A stretch of DNA of 19,235 nt, taken from Candidatus Heimdallarchaeota archaeon. Lineage in GTDB: Archaea; Asgardarchaeota; Heimdallarchaeia; Heimdallarchaeales; Heimdallarchaeaceae. The stretch's first letter is position 1, and each line of letters begins with the position of its first letter. The notes under the pieces are model-generated. The model had not been told where the DNA came from. It saw nothing but the letters and a program-made list of their open reading frames with translations, and searched no databases. Location of the stretch: the NCBI GenBank assembly GCA_016839945.1, contig JAEOTE010000141.1:1-19235 (forward strand). The letters are read 5' to 3'. This document shows positions 7,924 to 15,260 of the stretch, piece after piece. The position numbers and the translations under genes are program-made.

Positions 7924-8591
7924 AGATATTAATTATTAATCCAAATAGTGATTTGGATATGACAAAAGCAATTCAGGAAACTGCTAATTCATTCATAGAT
8001 AGTGAAGTTAAGGTTATATGCAAACACACACTAAATGCACCAAAATTTATTGAAACCTATGAAAATCAAATCGAAGCTGCACCTGGTATGATTGATCTAG
8101 TGAAAAAAAATGAGAAAGAATATGATGGTTTTATTATTGCATGTCATTGTGACCCAAATCTCGATACAATGAAAGAAATAACAGAAAAACCTATTGTAGG
8201 TATTGGTGAAGCTTCCATGAAATTGGCTTCATTTTTAGGTCACAGTTTTTCAGTTATTTCAATGACAGAACAATCTATACCAAATAAAGAAGCTTTAATT
8301 AGGAAATATCATCTTCAAGATTCTTTAGCTTCAGTGAGAGCACCAGAGAAAGATATGAGTGGGAAAAGTGATGAAGAAATATTTTTTGAAGCATCAAAAA
8401 CTGCAATAGAGAAGGACAAAGCAGAAGTTATTGTGCTAGGTTGTGCAGGAATGACTGGATTGGATAAAAAACTAGAAAAGAGATTGGGTGTTCCTGTACT
8501 AGATGGAGTAAAATGTGCATTAATTATTTTAATTGGATTAATCAGATATGATGTTTCAACAAGCAAAATTCGTAGATATAAATCTTCATAG
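7920..8591 (+). CDS. Hydantoin/allantoin racemase (Asp/Glu/hydantoin racemase family)
   Basis: MKILIINPNS...MT, two catalytic Cys (IIACHCDP, VLGCAGM), PIVGIGEAS, GVPVLDGV, TSK. ATGA start/stop overlap with the decarboxylase at 7920-7923. Confidence 0.92.
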   Translation: MKILIINPNSDLDMTKAIQETANSFIDSEVKVICKHTLNAPKFIETYENQIEAAPGMIDLVKKNEKEYDGFIIACHCDPNLDTMKEITEKPIVGIGEASMKLASFLGHSFSVISMTEQSIPNKEALIRKYHLQDSLASVRAPEKDMSGKSDEEIFFEASKTAIEKDKAEVIVLGCAGMTGLDKKLEKRLGVPVLDGVKCALIILIGLIRYDVSTSKIRRYKSS

Positions 8592-8598
8592 CTTGAAT

Positions 8599-9975
8599 CT
8601 AATTCATCTCTGTTTCGATCTTTTCAATTGATTCTATACATATGTCAATCCCTGTTTCAGCTAATTTCTTTGTTATAATTAGCGGAGGTAAAAATCGTAG
8701 CACATTATCGTAATGACCACCTATTTCTATGATAACTCCTCTCTGAAACATTTCATCCCTAATTTTTGAACAAAGTTCTGATGAGGGTTTCTTTGTTTCT
8801 TTATCTACAACTATTTCAATTCCTATCATTAGTCCCTTTCCTCTAACTTCACCAACAATCAAAGAATCCTTTTCAACTTTTTCTAACTTCTTTAGAAGAT
8901 AGTTTCCTAGCTCTTTAACATAGCTTGCTAGATTATTTTCTAACATAAAATCTATAGATGCTGAACCTGCAGCCATAGCTGTTACATTCCCTCTGAATGT
9001 CCCTATATGAGCAGCTTTTGACCAAACATCTAAATCTGGTCTATATGCTATTGCAGAGAGAGGATAGCCTCCACCAAGAGCTTTAGATAAGGTAATAATA
9101 TCTGGTGAAGATCCTGAATGTTCAGATGAGAAAAACTTTCCTGTTCTGCAAAATCCTGCTTGGATTTCATCAAAAACTATAGGAATTTCATATTTATTAC
9201 TTATCCCTGCTATTCTCTTTACAAAACTATTATGTGGGATAATAGATCCACCTTCACCTTGTATTGGTTCTATAATTGTCATCGCTGGGTCAACAACACC
9301 TGAATGAGGATCTTCTAGAATGTGCTCATAATAATCTGCACAAGCATTTGCACAATCTTCAGCTGTTTTTGTTTTAAATGGGCATCTGTAAGAATAAGCA
9401 AAAGGAACAAAATGGACTTCGGGAATAAGTGGAAGGTAATTCTTTTTCCAAGATTTTCCAGAAGTTAACGCGAGAGCGCCTGATGTCATCCCATGATATG
9501 CTCCCTCAAAAGCGATAATTCCATGTCTTTTAGTGATAGTTTTTGATAATTTTATTGCACTTTCAACTGCATCTGATCCAGTTGGTCCACCAAAGACGAT
9601 TTTGGAGTTGTTTTTCAATTCTCCGGGTAGAATATTCTGTAATTTCTGCACTAGTTCTAAACGAATCTCTGTAGGAAAATCTAGAGTGTGTGTTATATTC
9701 TTTTGAATTTCATTTACTTTTTCTGCTATGGATGGATTACAGTGACCTAAAGCTAGAACACCAGCTCCACCAAAGAAATCAATGAAAATATTTCCATCAA
9801 CATCTTTGATTGTAGCTCCATGTCCTTGAGCAAAGGCAATAGGAGAACCTTTAGGATATGAAACAGGTTTTCCTTCAATCCTCTCTTGTAAATCTAATAT
9901 CTTCTTGGATTTAGTGCCAGGTATAGTTTCTTTTATAATTGGAGCTTCTTCAAAACTTAGTTCATCAAACTTCAT
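8599..9975 (-). CDS. Class III aminotransferase, diaminobutyrate--2-oxoglutarate transaminase (Dat/EctB)-like
   Basis: IDFFGGAGVLALGH, HTLDFPT, GPTGSDAVESAIKL, AYHGMT, EPIQGEGG, FDEIQAGFCRTG, PLP Lys in LSKALGGG, and HIGTFRGN (Dat/EctB-type signature). Start set at ATG 9975 (MKFDEL). Confidence 0.9.
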   Translation of the reverse strand: MKFDELSFEEAPIIKETIPGTKSKKILDLQERIEGKPVSYPKGSPIAFAQGHGATIKDVDGNIFIDFFGGAGVLALGHCNPSIAEKVNEIQKNITHTLDFPTEIRLELVQKLQNILPGELKNNSKIVFGGPTGSDAVESAIKLSKTITKRHGIIAFEGAYHGMTSGALALTSGKSWKKNYLPLIPEVHFVPFAYSYRCPFKTKTAEDCANACADYYEHILEDPHSGVVDPAMTIIEPIQGEGGSIIPHNSFVKRIAGISNKYEIPIVFDEIQAGFCRTGKFFSSEHSGSSPDIITLSKALGGGYPLSAIAYRPDLDVWSKAAHIGTFRGNVTAMAAGSASIDFMLENNLASYVKELGNYLLKKLEKVEKDSLIVGEVRGKGLMIGIEIVVDKETKKPSSELCSKIRDEMFQRGVIIEIGGHYDNVLRFLPPLIITKKLAETGIDICIESIEKIETEMN

Positions 9976-10048
9976 TCTGTGAAAAATTTTCTCTATTATA
10001 TTAAAATCTTGGGTGACATTAATATACACCATCGATTTTTCTTACTGT

Positions 10049-10900
10049 ATGAAAAACAAAATTGCAATTGTTACAGGTGCAAATGCAGGAATAGGAAAGG
10101 CAACAGCACTCAAATTAGCTGAAATGGGTGCTCATGTAGTAATGGTTTGCAGAAACAAAAAAAGAGGAGAAAAAGCTCTTCTAGAAATTCAAGAAATAGC
10201 AAACAAAAAGAATCTGGATTTAATGTTGTGTGATTTTGCATCTTTGAAATCAATAAACAATTTTGTGAAAGAATTCAAAAACAAATACCAGAGACTTGAT
10301 GTACTTATCAACAATCATGGTCTTGTTTCACTTATCAAGTCTAAAACTGAAGAAAAGATAGAAACCACTTTTGCAGTCAACCATCTAGGTTATTTTAGTT
10401 TAACTCTTCAATTACTGGATGTGCTTAAAGCTTCAGCTCCTTCAAGAATTGTCAATGTATCTTCTAGCGCTAATTACAGGATTAGAAAATTAGAGATAGA
10501 TGATTATAATTGTGATAAGAGAAATTATCAGTTCATGAAAGCTTATCAAGAATCAAAGTTGTATAATATTATGTTCTCTTTTCTCCTTGCAGAGAAATTG
10601 CAAGGAACTAACATTACTGTTAACTGTCTTCATCCAGGTTTTGTGAAAACACAAATAGGATTGAACAACTTTTTTCTCAAACTACTTACTCCGTTAGCTA
10701 AGTACAAAGGTGTTACTCCTGATGAAGGAGCTAGGACTTCTATTTATCTAGCTACTTCTCCTGAAATGGAAGGAGTTACAAGTAAGTATTATCATAAAAT
10801 GAAGGAAAGAGATCCAAACAAACTAGCATTTGATAAAGAAGCACAAAAGAAATTATGGAATTTAAGTTTAAAACTTACTAATCTTCAATTTAATATATAA
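10049..10900 (+). CDS. Short-chain dehydrogenase/reductase, retinol dehydrogenase-like (RDH11-14/WWOX-like subgroup)
   Basis: TGANAGIG, CRN, DVLINNHG, FAVNHLGYF, RIVNVSS, catalytic YQESK, LHPGFVKT, GARTSIYLATSP. Start set at ATG 10049. Confidence 0.93.
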   Translation: MKNKIAIVTGANAGIGKATALKLAEMGAHVVMVCRNKKRGEKALLEIQEIANKKNLDLMLCDFASLKSINNFVKEFKNKYQRLDVLINNHGLVSLIKSKTEEKIETTFAVNHLGYFSLTLQLLDVLKASAPSRIVNVSSSANYRIRKLEIDDYNCDKRNYQFMKAYQESKLYNIMFSFLLAEKLQGTNITVNCLHPGFVKTQIGLNNFFLKLLTPLAKYKGVTPDEGARTSIYLATSPEMEGVTSKYYHKMKERDPNKLAFDKEAQKKLWNLSLKLTNLQFNI

Positions 10901-10907
10901 TAGGTTT

Positions 10908-10921
10908 AAAAAAAATAAAAA
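10908..10921 (-). terminator. Oligo-T terminator (minus strand) between convergent genes
   Basis: A-tract on the plus strand 15 nt beyond the stop of the 12952-10937 gene. Confidence 0.45.
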
Positions 10922-10936
10922 TAGTAAGGGAAATCA

Positions 10937-12952
10937 TTACAGTTGAATTTCTATCCAGTAAGCAGGATGATCTGATTGTCCCCTTTCTATATACACCGCA
11001 TCAAGAACGGTGATTCCTGAACTGAGGAATATATGGTCAATTCTATCTGCTGCTGTTCCCCATTTCTGTACCCAGGAATCTTCTAAAACTCCTACTGTTA
11101 TATTATATGATTCTGAGTTAGGTCTGAAATTAAAATCTCCACCAAAAATAACGTTATCTAGACCAGAAGTTTGACTTAATATTTCTTCTATTTGGTATCT
11201 TTTAGCTTCATCACCTCTTGCAGCAGGATGGCTCGAAAAAACATTGAATGACAATGTAGAATTGAAAGTTATTTGTGCTTGGGTTGTGCTTATTTGTTGA
11301 TGGGTACTATAAACGAAGAATGCCTTTGCATTTGAGATAGGATATTTTGATAAGATTGCAGTACCATATGTATTTGTAACAGTCTTCGCTCCTCTGTAAG
11401 AATACATATTTAATTTATCAGCGAGATACCTAACAACATCCGAGTTTCCTCCTCCTATTCTAGCAGTATCGCTTTCTTGTAAACAAATTATATCAGGATC
11501 AACACTTCTAATTAGTTCCAGTTGTCCATCATAATTTTTTTCACCTGTGAGGTTTACTCCTAGCCTAATATTATATGACATAATAATTAGAGATGTTTTT
11601 CCTTCATCTGGTTCAACAGGATGGGGGGCTGTAACAAATGCACCTACAAATGTTCCTAAAAATATCAACCCGAGGATTGTAAGAATAATTGATTTGGATT
11701 TAATATCTTTAGCTGCTTTTTCAAAGCTTAATGTACTCTTCTTGAACAGAAAAACAGGGATTGTAACAAACAATCCTGGTATTAGAAAAGCTAACCAATA
11801 CATATCTCTGAATAAAGTACTGATTGGTGGCATATATCCCCATACATTTGGGAAGACTTGCAGGAAGATTACTATTATGGCATACAAACCTGCTCCTAAA
11901 GCAAAACTTCCTCCAACTTTTGCTGGCTTTGGTTTTATTCTTAGTAACTCTATTGATAAAAGAATAAAGTCTATGTAAATTATAGGGGATAGAAGTATCA
12001 TTAAAATTAAGGGGATTTGATGTGCAGAAGTAGTTGATGCAGCTATAATAGGATATAAAGTATGATTATCAGGGAAGAAAATTCCATAAGTCGGAATAAT
12101 TTGATGTACTAATACTGTCAAAGTAAGAGAGAGTGTAAATAATCCATTCCATACCCAAAGCATCCACGATTTGATTTCATTCAGCAAATTAGGTTTTAAT
12201 ACCATTACAATGATGAATAGAATTATCATCACTAAAACACCTAAAACAATTCCTATGTAATTACCCTCTGTCCATCTCGAAATAACAGTTGGACTCATAA
12301 AAGTAAACCAGACAATTATAAAGACACTTGACAAACCAAGAGTTAGAAGTAGTATGCGACCAAAGCTTGCAGTTTTTCCTTCTTCTAATGATTCTTTCTG
12401 AACAACCTTCTCACTTTTCAGTAACATACCAACTAACATAAATGACGCTACTATTCCTAGTATCCAGCCAATAATCTGAAACCATCTATAAATTGAAACA
12501 TCTAGTGTCGAGTTAATTGTTCTGAAAAGTAAAGATAATACTACAGCTAAAGCTAAAGATATTCCCAGCGTTACACCAGTTTGTTGCTCTTTGTTTTTAC
12601 CTCTTGTGAAATATGCAGGAAAGAAAATAAGAAAACTACTAACAGACAGTCCAGCTAATATCAGCAGAGCTTCTCCTTTAAGTAAAGGTTCTATTAATCT
12701 AGTTATAATGATCAGCTCTCCAACTATAAATAAAGTCTTATCTGATATTTCCTTTCTAAAGAAGAATAAACCTACTGAGGATAATAAGAATAATAATGCA
12801 AGAATATGTAATGTAGGTTTCAATCCTAGAATAGCATAATCAAAAATTCTTTCAGCTAAATCTGAAAGCATTTGAATGAAAAATAAAAAGATTACACTAA
12901 ACAGGATAAATTCTGAATAATTGTTCTTAATAAGATTCTTAAAATCAATCAT
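10937..12952 (-). CDS. Polytopic membrane protein with C-terminal endonuclease/exonuclease/phosphatase (EEP) domain; Cwh43/PGAP2-interacting-protein-like
   Basis: About 440 aa of closely spaced hydrophobic helices (roughly 13), then EEP motifs SYNI, DIICLQESD, YGTAILSKYPI, GGDFN, RIDHIF, SDH. The stretch ESDTARIGGGNSDVVRYLADKLNMYSYRG resembles Cwh43. Confidence 0.85.
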   Translation of the reverse strand: MIDFKNLIKNNYSEFILFSVIFLFFIQMLSDLAERIFDYAILGLKPTLHILALLFLLSSVGLFFFRKEISDKTLFIVGELIIITRLIEPLLKGEALLILAGLSVSSFLIFFPAYFTRGKNKEQQTGVTLGISLALAVVLSLLFRTINSTLDVSIYRWFQIIGWILGIVASFMLVGMLLKSEKVVQKESLEEGKTASFGRILLLTLGLSSVFIIVWFTFMSPTVISRWTEGNYIGIVLGVLVMIILFIIVMVLKPNLLNEIKSWMLWVWNGLFTLSLTLTVLVHQIIPTYGIFFPDNHTLYPIIAASTTSAHQIPLILMILLSPIIYIDFILLSIELLRIKPKPAKVGGSFALGAGLYAIIVIFLQVFPNVWGYMPPISTLFRDMYWLAFLIPGLFVTIPVFLFKKSTLSFEKAAKDIKSKSIILTILGLIFLGTFVGAFVTAPHPVEPDEGKTSLIIMSYNIRLGVNLTGEKNYDGQLELIRSVDPDIICLQESDTARIGGGNSDVVRYLADKLNMYSYRGAKTVTNTYGTAILSKYPISNAKAFFVYSTHQQISTTQAQITFNSTLSFNVFSSHPAARGDEAKRYQIEEILSQTSGLDNVIFGGDFNFRPNSESYNITVGVLEDSWVQKWGTAADRIDHIFLSSGITVLDAVYIERGQSDHPAYWIEIQL

Positions 12953-12998
12953 AAATAGTGTCTTTTATTAGCTTGTATAAAAATAATCTGAGTGTTTC

Positions 12999-13016
12999 TC
13001 ATATCAGAAGATATGA
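12999..13016. promoter_or_regulatory. Perfect 7-4-7 inverted repeat TCATATC-agaa-GATATGA, candidate operator
   Basis: Seen directly, 46 nt upstream of the start of the Cwh43-like gene. Confidence 0.45.
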
Positions 13017-13137
13017 AATCTGTCAATTCTTCGAAAGATAAGAACTTTAATCTTTTAAATATCTGAAAAGAATACACTTTGATTTTTTAAATATTAAATA
13101 ATAAAAGTGTTCATAGTACCATAAAACATAGAGAAAA

Positions 13138-13326
13138 ATGATAAAAGCAGAAGAAATCAAAAACAATAAAGATTGGAAAAAAGTAAAAGAAGTTGCAATC
13201 AAGAAAAAGCTAGAGAGAGAAATTGAAGAAATATTAGATAAGCAAATAAATGATAAAAAGGATAATAAAAAAGGGAGTTACCAAACAAGAAGAAATTCTA
13301 TTTTTCGAAAGGATAAAGGAAATTAG
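13138..13326 (+). CDS. Small Lys/Glu-rich hypothetical protein, possibly frameshifted
   Basis: 62 aa ATG-started ORF filling an otherwise long intergenic gap; highly charged helical N-terminal half; low complexity. Confidence 0.4.
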   Translation: MIKAEEIKNNKDWKKVKEVAIKKKLEREIEEILDKQINDKKDNKKGSYQTRRNSIFRKDKGN

Positions 13327-13364
13327 AATGTGTTTATGTTAACCTGCTAGAATAATAAGAGCAT

Positions 13365-13400
13365 CTCCTCTCAATGTTTTATTATTTCTTGAGATAGGAG
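13365..13400. terminator. Imperfect hairpin between convergent ORFs (CTCCTCTCAA ... TTGAGATAGGAG)
   Basis: 10-bp stem with a 2-nt bulge and a 14-nt T-rich loop, 15 nt beyond the stop of the 14105-13416 gene. Confidence 0.35.
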
Positions 13401-13415
13401 GGAATTCAAGGAATT

Positions 13416-14105
13416 TTAATTCTCTAGATTTTTCAGAAGCTTATCATATTTCTTTGAATTATTTGCTAATTCGATCATGCTGAGAGTTTGGATAACAGCA
13501 GTCACTTCTTCTAAAGAAAGGCTGTCTACCATCTGTACAAATTCATCTGATTTTTCGTTAAATAATATTGAAGTTATTTTTTTCGAACTTTCATTCATCA
13601 AACTAATAAATTGTTTTATATTAGATTTACCTGGTTGAGGAACATTGTAGACTATTCCTAATAACTGTCCTAAACTCTCAATGCAATTCTGATTCGCACA
13701 AATCATCTTTTCGTAATATGATTCAACAAAGAAAAACTTAGCAGTTCTAGCAAAGATTTTTTCTGTCATAGATTTCTCCATTGCCATCCTCTTTCCAACT
13801 AGAGCAACAAAACCTGCATCTATAAGATGCTGGATATATCGGTATAAGGATTTGTCAGAGCGTTTTTTCTTACTTACCATCTCTTTGATTTTTTTCTCAT
13901 CTTTAATCCCTTGTTTCATAAGATCTTTAATAATGAATTTTGAATAATCTTCTTCAATTTCTTTGACAGTTTTGTATCCTTCTCTAAGAGACATCAAAAT
14001 AGGATAGTAATTTGGATTGCTCATAATAAGCAGCTTTTCTTCATCTTTGATTAATATAACAGGCTTTTGTTTGAATTCAGGATCAATTATATCTTGAGTT
14101 TTCAT
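13416..14105 (-). CDS. ArsR-like winged-helix transcriptional regulator with an insertion in the HTH and a helical C-terminal domain
   Basis: NPNYYPILMSLREGYKTVKEI ... KRSDKSLYRYIQHLIDAGFVALVGKR ... EKIFARTAK. Start set at ATG 14105 (MKTQDI). Confidence 0.8.
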   Translation of the reverse strand: MKTQDIIDPEFKQKPVILIKDEEKLLIMSNPNYYPILMSLREGYKTVKEIEEDYSKFIIKDLMKQGIKDEKKIKEMVSKKKRSDKSLYRYIQHLIDAGFVALVGKRMAMEKSMTEKIFARTAKFFFVESYYEKMICANQNCIESLGQLLGIVYNVPQPGKSNIKQFISLMNESSKKITSILFNEKSDEFVQMVDSLSLEEVTAVIQTLSMIELANNSKKYDKLLKNLEN

Positions 14106-14165
14106 AGGAGACCCAATTCCCAATTTTTGTTTGCATATTAAAGAATTCCCATGCACTAATAAACA

Positions 14166-14223
14166 TTCTCATCTGATGAGAAGACTTATAAGTGTTCTTG
14201 AGAGCCTCTCTCATTGCTTGAGA
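14166..14223. promoter_or_regulatory. Divergent promoter/operator: two TCTCA-N5-TGAGA sites flanking a palindromic TATA (ACTTATAAGT)
   Basis: TTCTCATC-T-GATGAGAA at 14166-14182 (perfect 8-1-8), ACTTATAAGT at 14184-14193 (perfect palindrome), half-site TGAGA at 14199-14203, TCTCA-TTGCT-TGAGA at 14209-14223. Confidence 0.7.
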
Positions 14224-14261
14224 AAGCATGTTTTAATAAAAAATGTTCGAAGGTGCAAAAA

Positions 14262-15158
14262 ATGGAATTTAAAACATATGAAGAATCAAGGTTAGAAGAC
14301 CTTGGAAAATTAGTAAAAGATGTTGTCAAAGATTGGCCTGTTGATCCTTGGTATCCTACAATGAAGCAACTCAAAGAAGCTTATGATGGTAATGAAAACT
14401 TTACACCAGAGACTCGTCATTTCTTATATGATGGTGACAAATTAGTCGCTTTTCTAAGCAGTGCTTTAGAAGAGAAAGATGAAGAAAAAGGAATACAATG
14501 GGGTTCTATTCACATGCCATTCATCAGACAGGGATATGAAGGAGTAGAATCTAAACTTTATGATAAAACCATGGGAGTGCTAAAAGAAAAGGGAGCTCAG
14601 AAGATTCGCGTATATTCTAGACCTGAATATGGATATATCCCAGAATTATTGGAAAAATGGGGATTTAAAAAAGTGGAAGAATCAGGCAAAAGAGTCATTC
14701 TTTCTGCTAACAAATTCGTAGATAAAGAATTTGGCAAACCAGAACACTTCCATGAACTCGATCTAAATGATGACAAACATCTAGCTAAATTTAAGAAATA
14801 TTATCTCAAAGCTAGAACTGAAGTTGATGAGGAAAATTTTGATCAAACAATGAAGACTTTTAGAGAGAGAGATTTAACTATTTCTTGCGTTATAGCAAAA
14901 AAAGATGAAGTTTTGTCTTATGGATTACTCTACAAAGCTGATCAACCCAAGAGATCATTCTTGTCATCTATACCAGTTTTTAGTAAAGATCATGAGTATA
15001 TCTTAAAAGAAATGGTAGTTTTCATGGCAAATAAGGCTAAAAAAGAAGGTTACGAGGATATCTATCATGGATTAGTTGATCAAGAAAACGAAAAACTATA
15101 TAAGAAGATAGGTATAGAATTCACTCCATCTTTTAGATATGAGTTGAAACTTGATTAG
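14262..15158 (+). CDS. Tandem GNAT-fold protein (putative N-acetyltransferase, degenerate motifs)
   Basis: FLYDGDKLVAF strand, LKEKGAQKIRV, LLEKWGFKK, and a second unit AKKEGYEDIY...LYKKIGIE. SD-like AAGGTG before ATG 14262. Confidence 0.7.
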   Translation: MEFKTYEESRLEDLGKLVKDVVKDWPVDPWYPTMKQLKEAYDGNENFTPETRHFLYDGDKLVAFLSSALEEKDEEKGIQWGSIHMPFIRQGYEGVESKLYDKTMGVLKEKGAQKIRVYSRPEYGYIPELLEKWGFKKVEESGKRVILSANKFVDKEFGKPEHFHELDLNDDKHLAKFKKYYLKARTEVDEENFDQTMKTFRERDLTISCVIAKKDEVLSYGLLYKADQPKRSFLSSIPVFSKDHEYILKEMVVFMANKAKKEGYEDIYHGLVDQENEKLYKKIGIEFTPSFRYELKLD

Positions 15159-15172
15159 AAACCATATTACAA

Positions 15173-15196
15173 TTTTTTCTCTTTTTTTTCTTTTTT
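15173..15196 (+). terminator. Oligo-T terminator after the GNAT gene
   Basis: T6-CTC-T8-C-T6 beginning 15 nt after the stop codon. Confidence 0.6.
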
Positions 15197-15260
15197 AAAA
15201 ACACATAAAGCTTTTATCTATCTAGAAATACTTTCTCTTTAATCAAAGAGAGATGATTAT

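Noticed and set aside
8315-8566. 83 aa minus-strand ORF
   Set aside because: Antisense shadow of the racemase.
8599-9975. Ectoine biosynthesis or NIS siderophore cluster
   Set aside because: No ectA/ectC, IucA/IucC synthetase or N-hydroxylase in the window.
9976-10048. Apparent head-to-head overlap of aminotransferase and SDR
   Set aside because: It disappears with starts at 9975 and 10049, leaving a 73 nt AT-rich divergent promoter region.
11547-12839. 143 aa and 82 aa plus-strand ORFs
   Set aside because: Antisense to a hydrophobic membrane-protein gene; no motifs or SD sequence.
13331-13342. C-terminal CLC as a Rab-type CXC prenylation signal
   Set aside because: The ORF itself is uncertain and there is no prenyltransferase evidence here.
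14186-14374. 62 aa minus-strand ORF
   Set aside because: Overlaps the GNAT start and operator region on the opposite strand.
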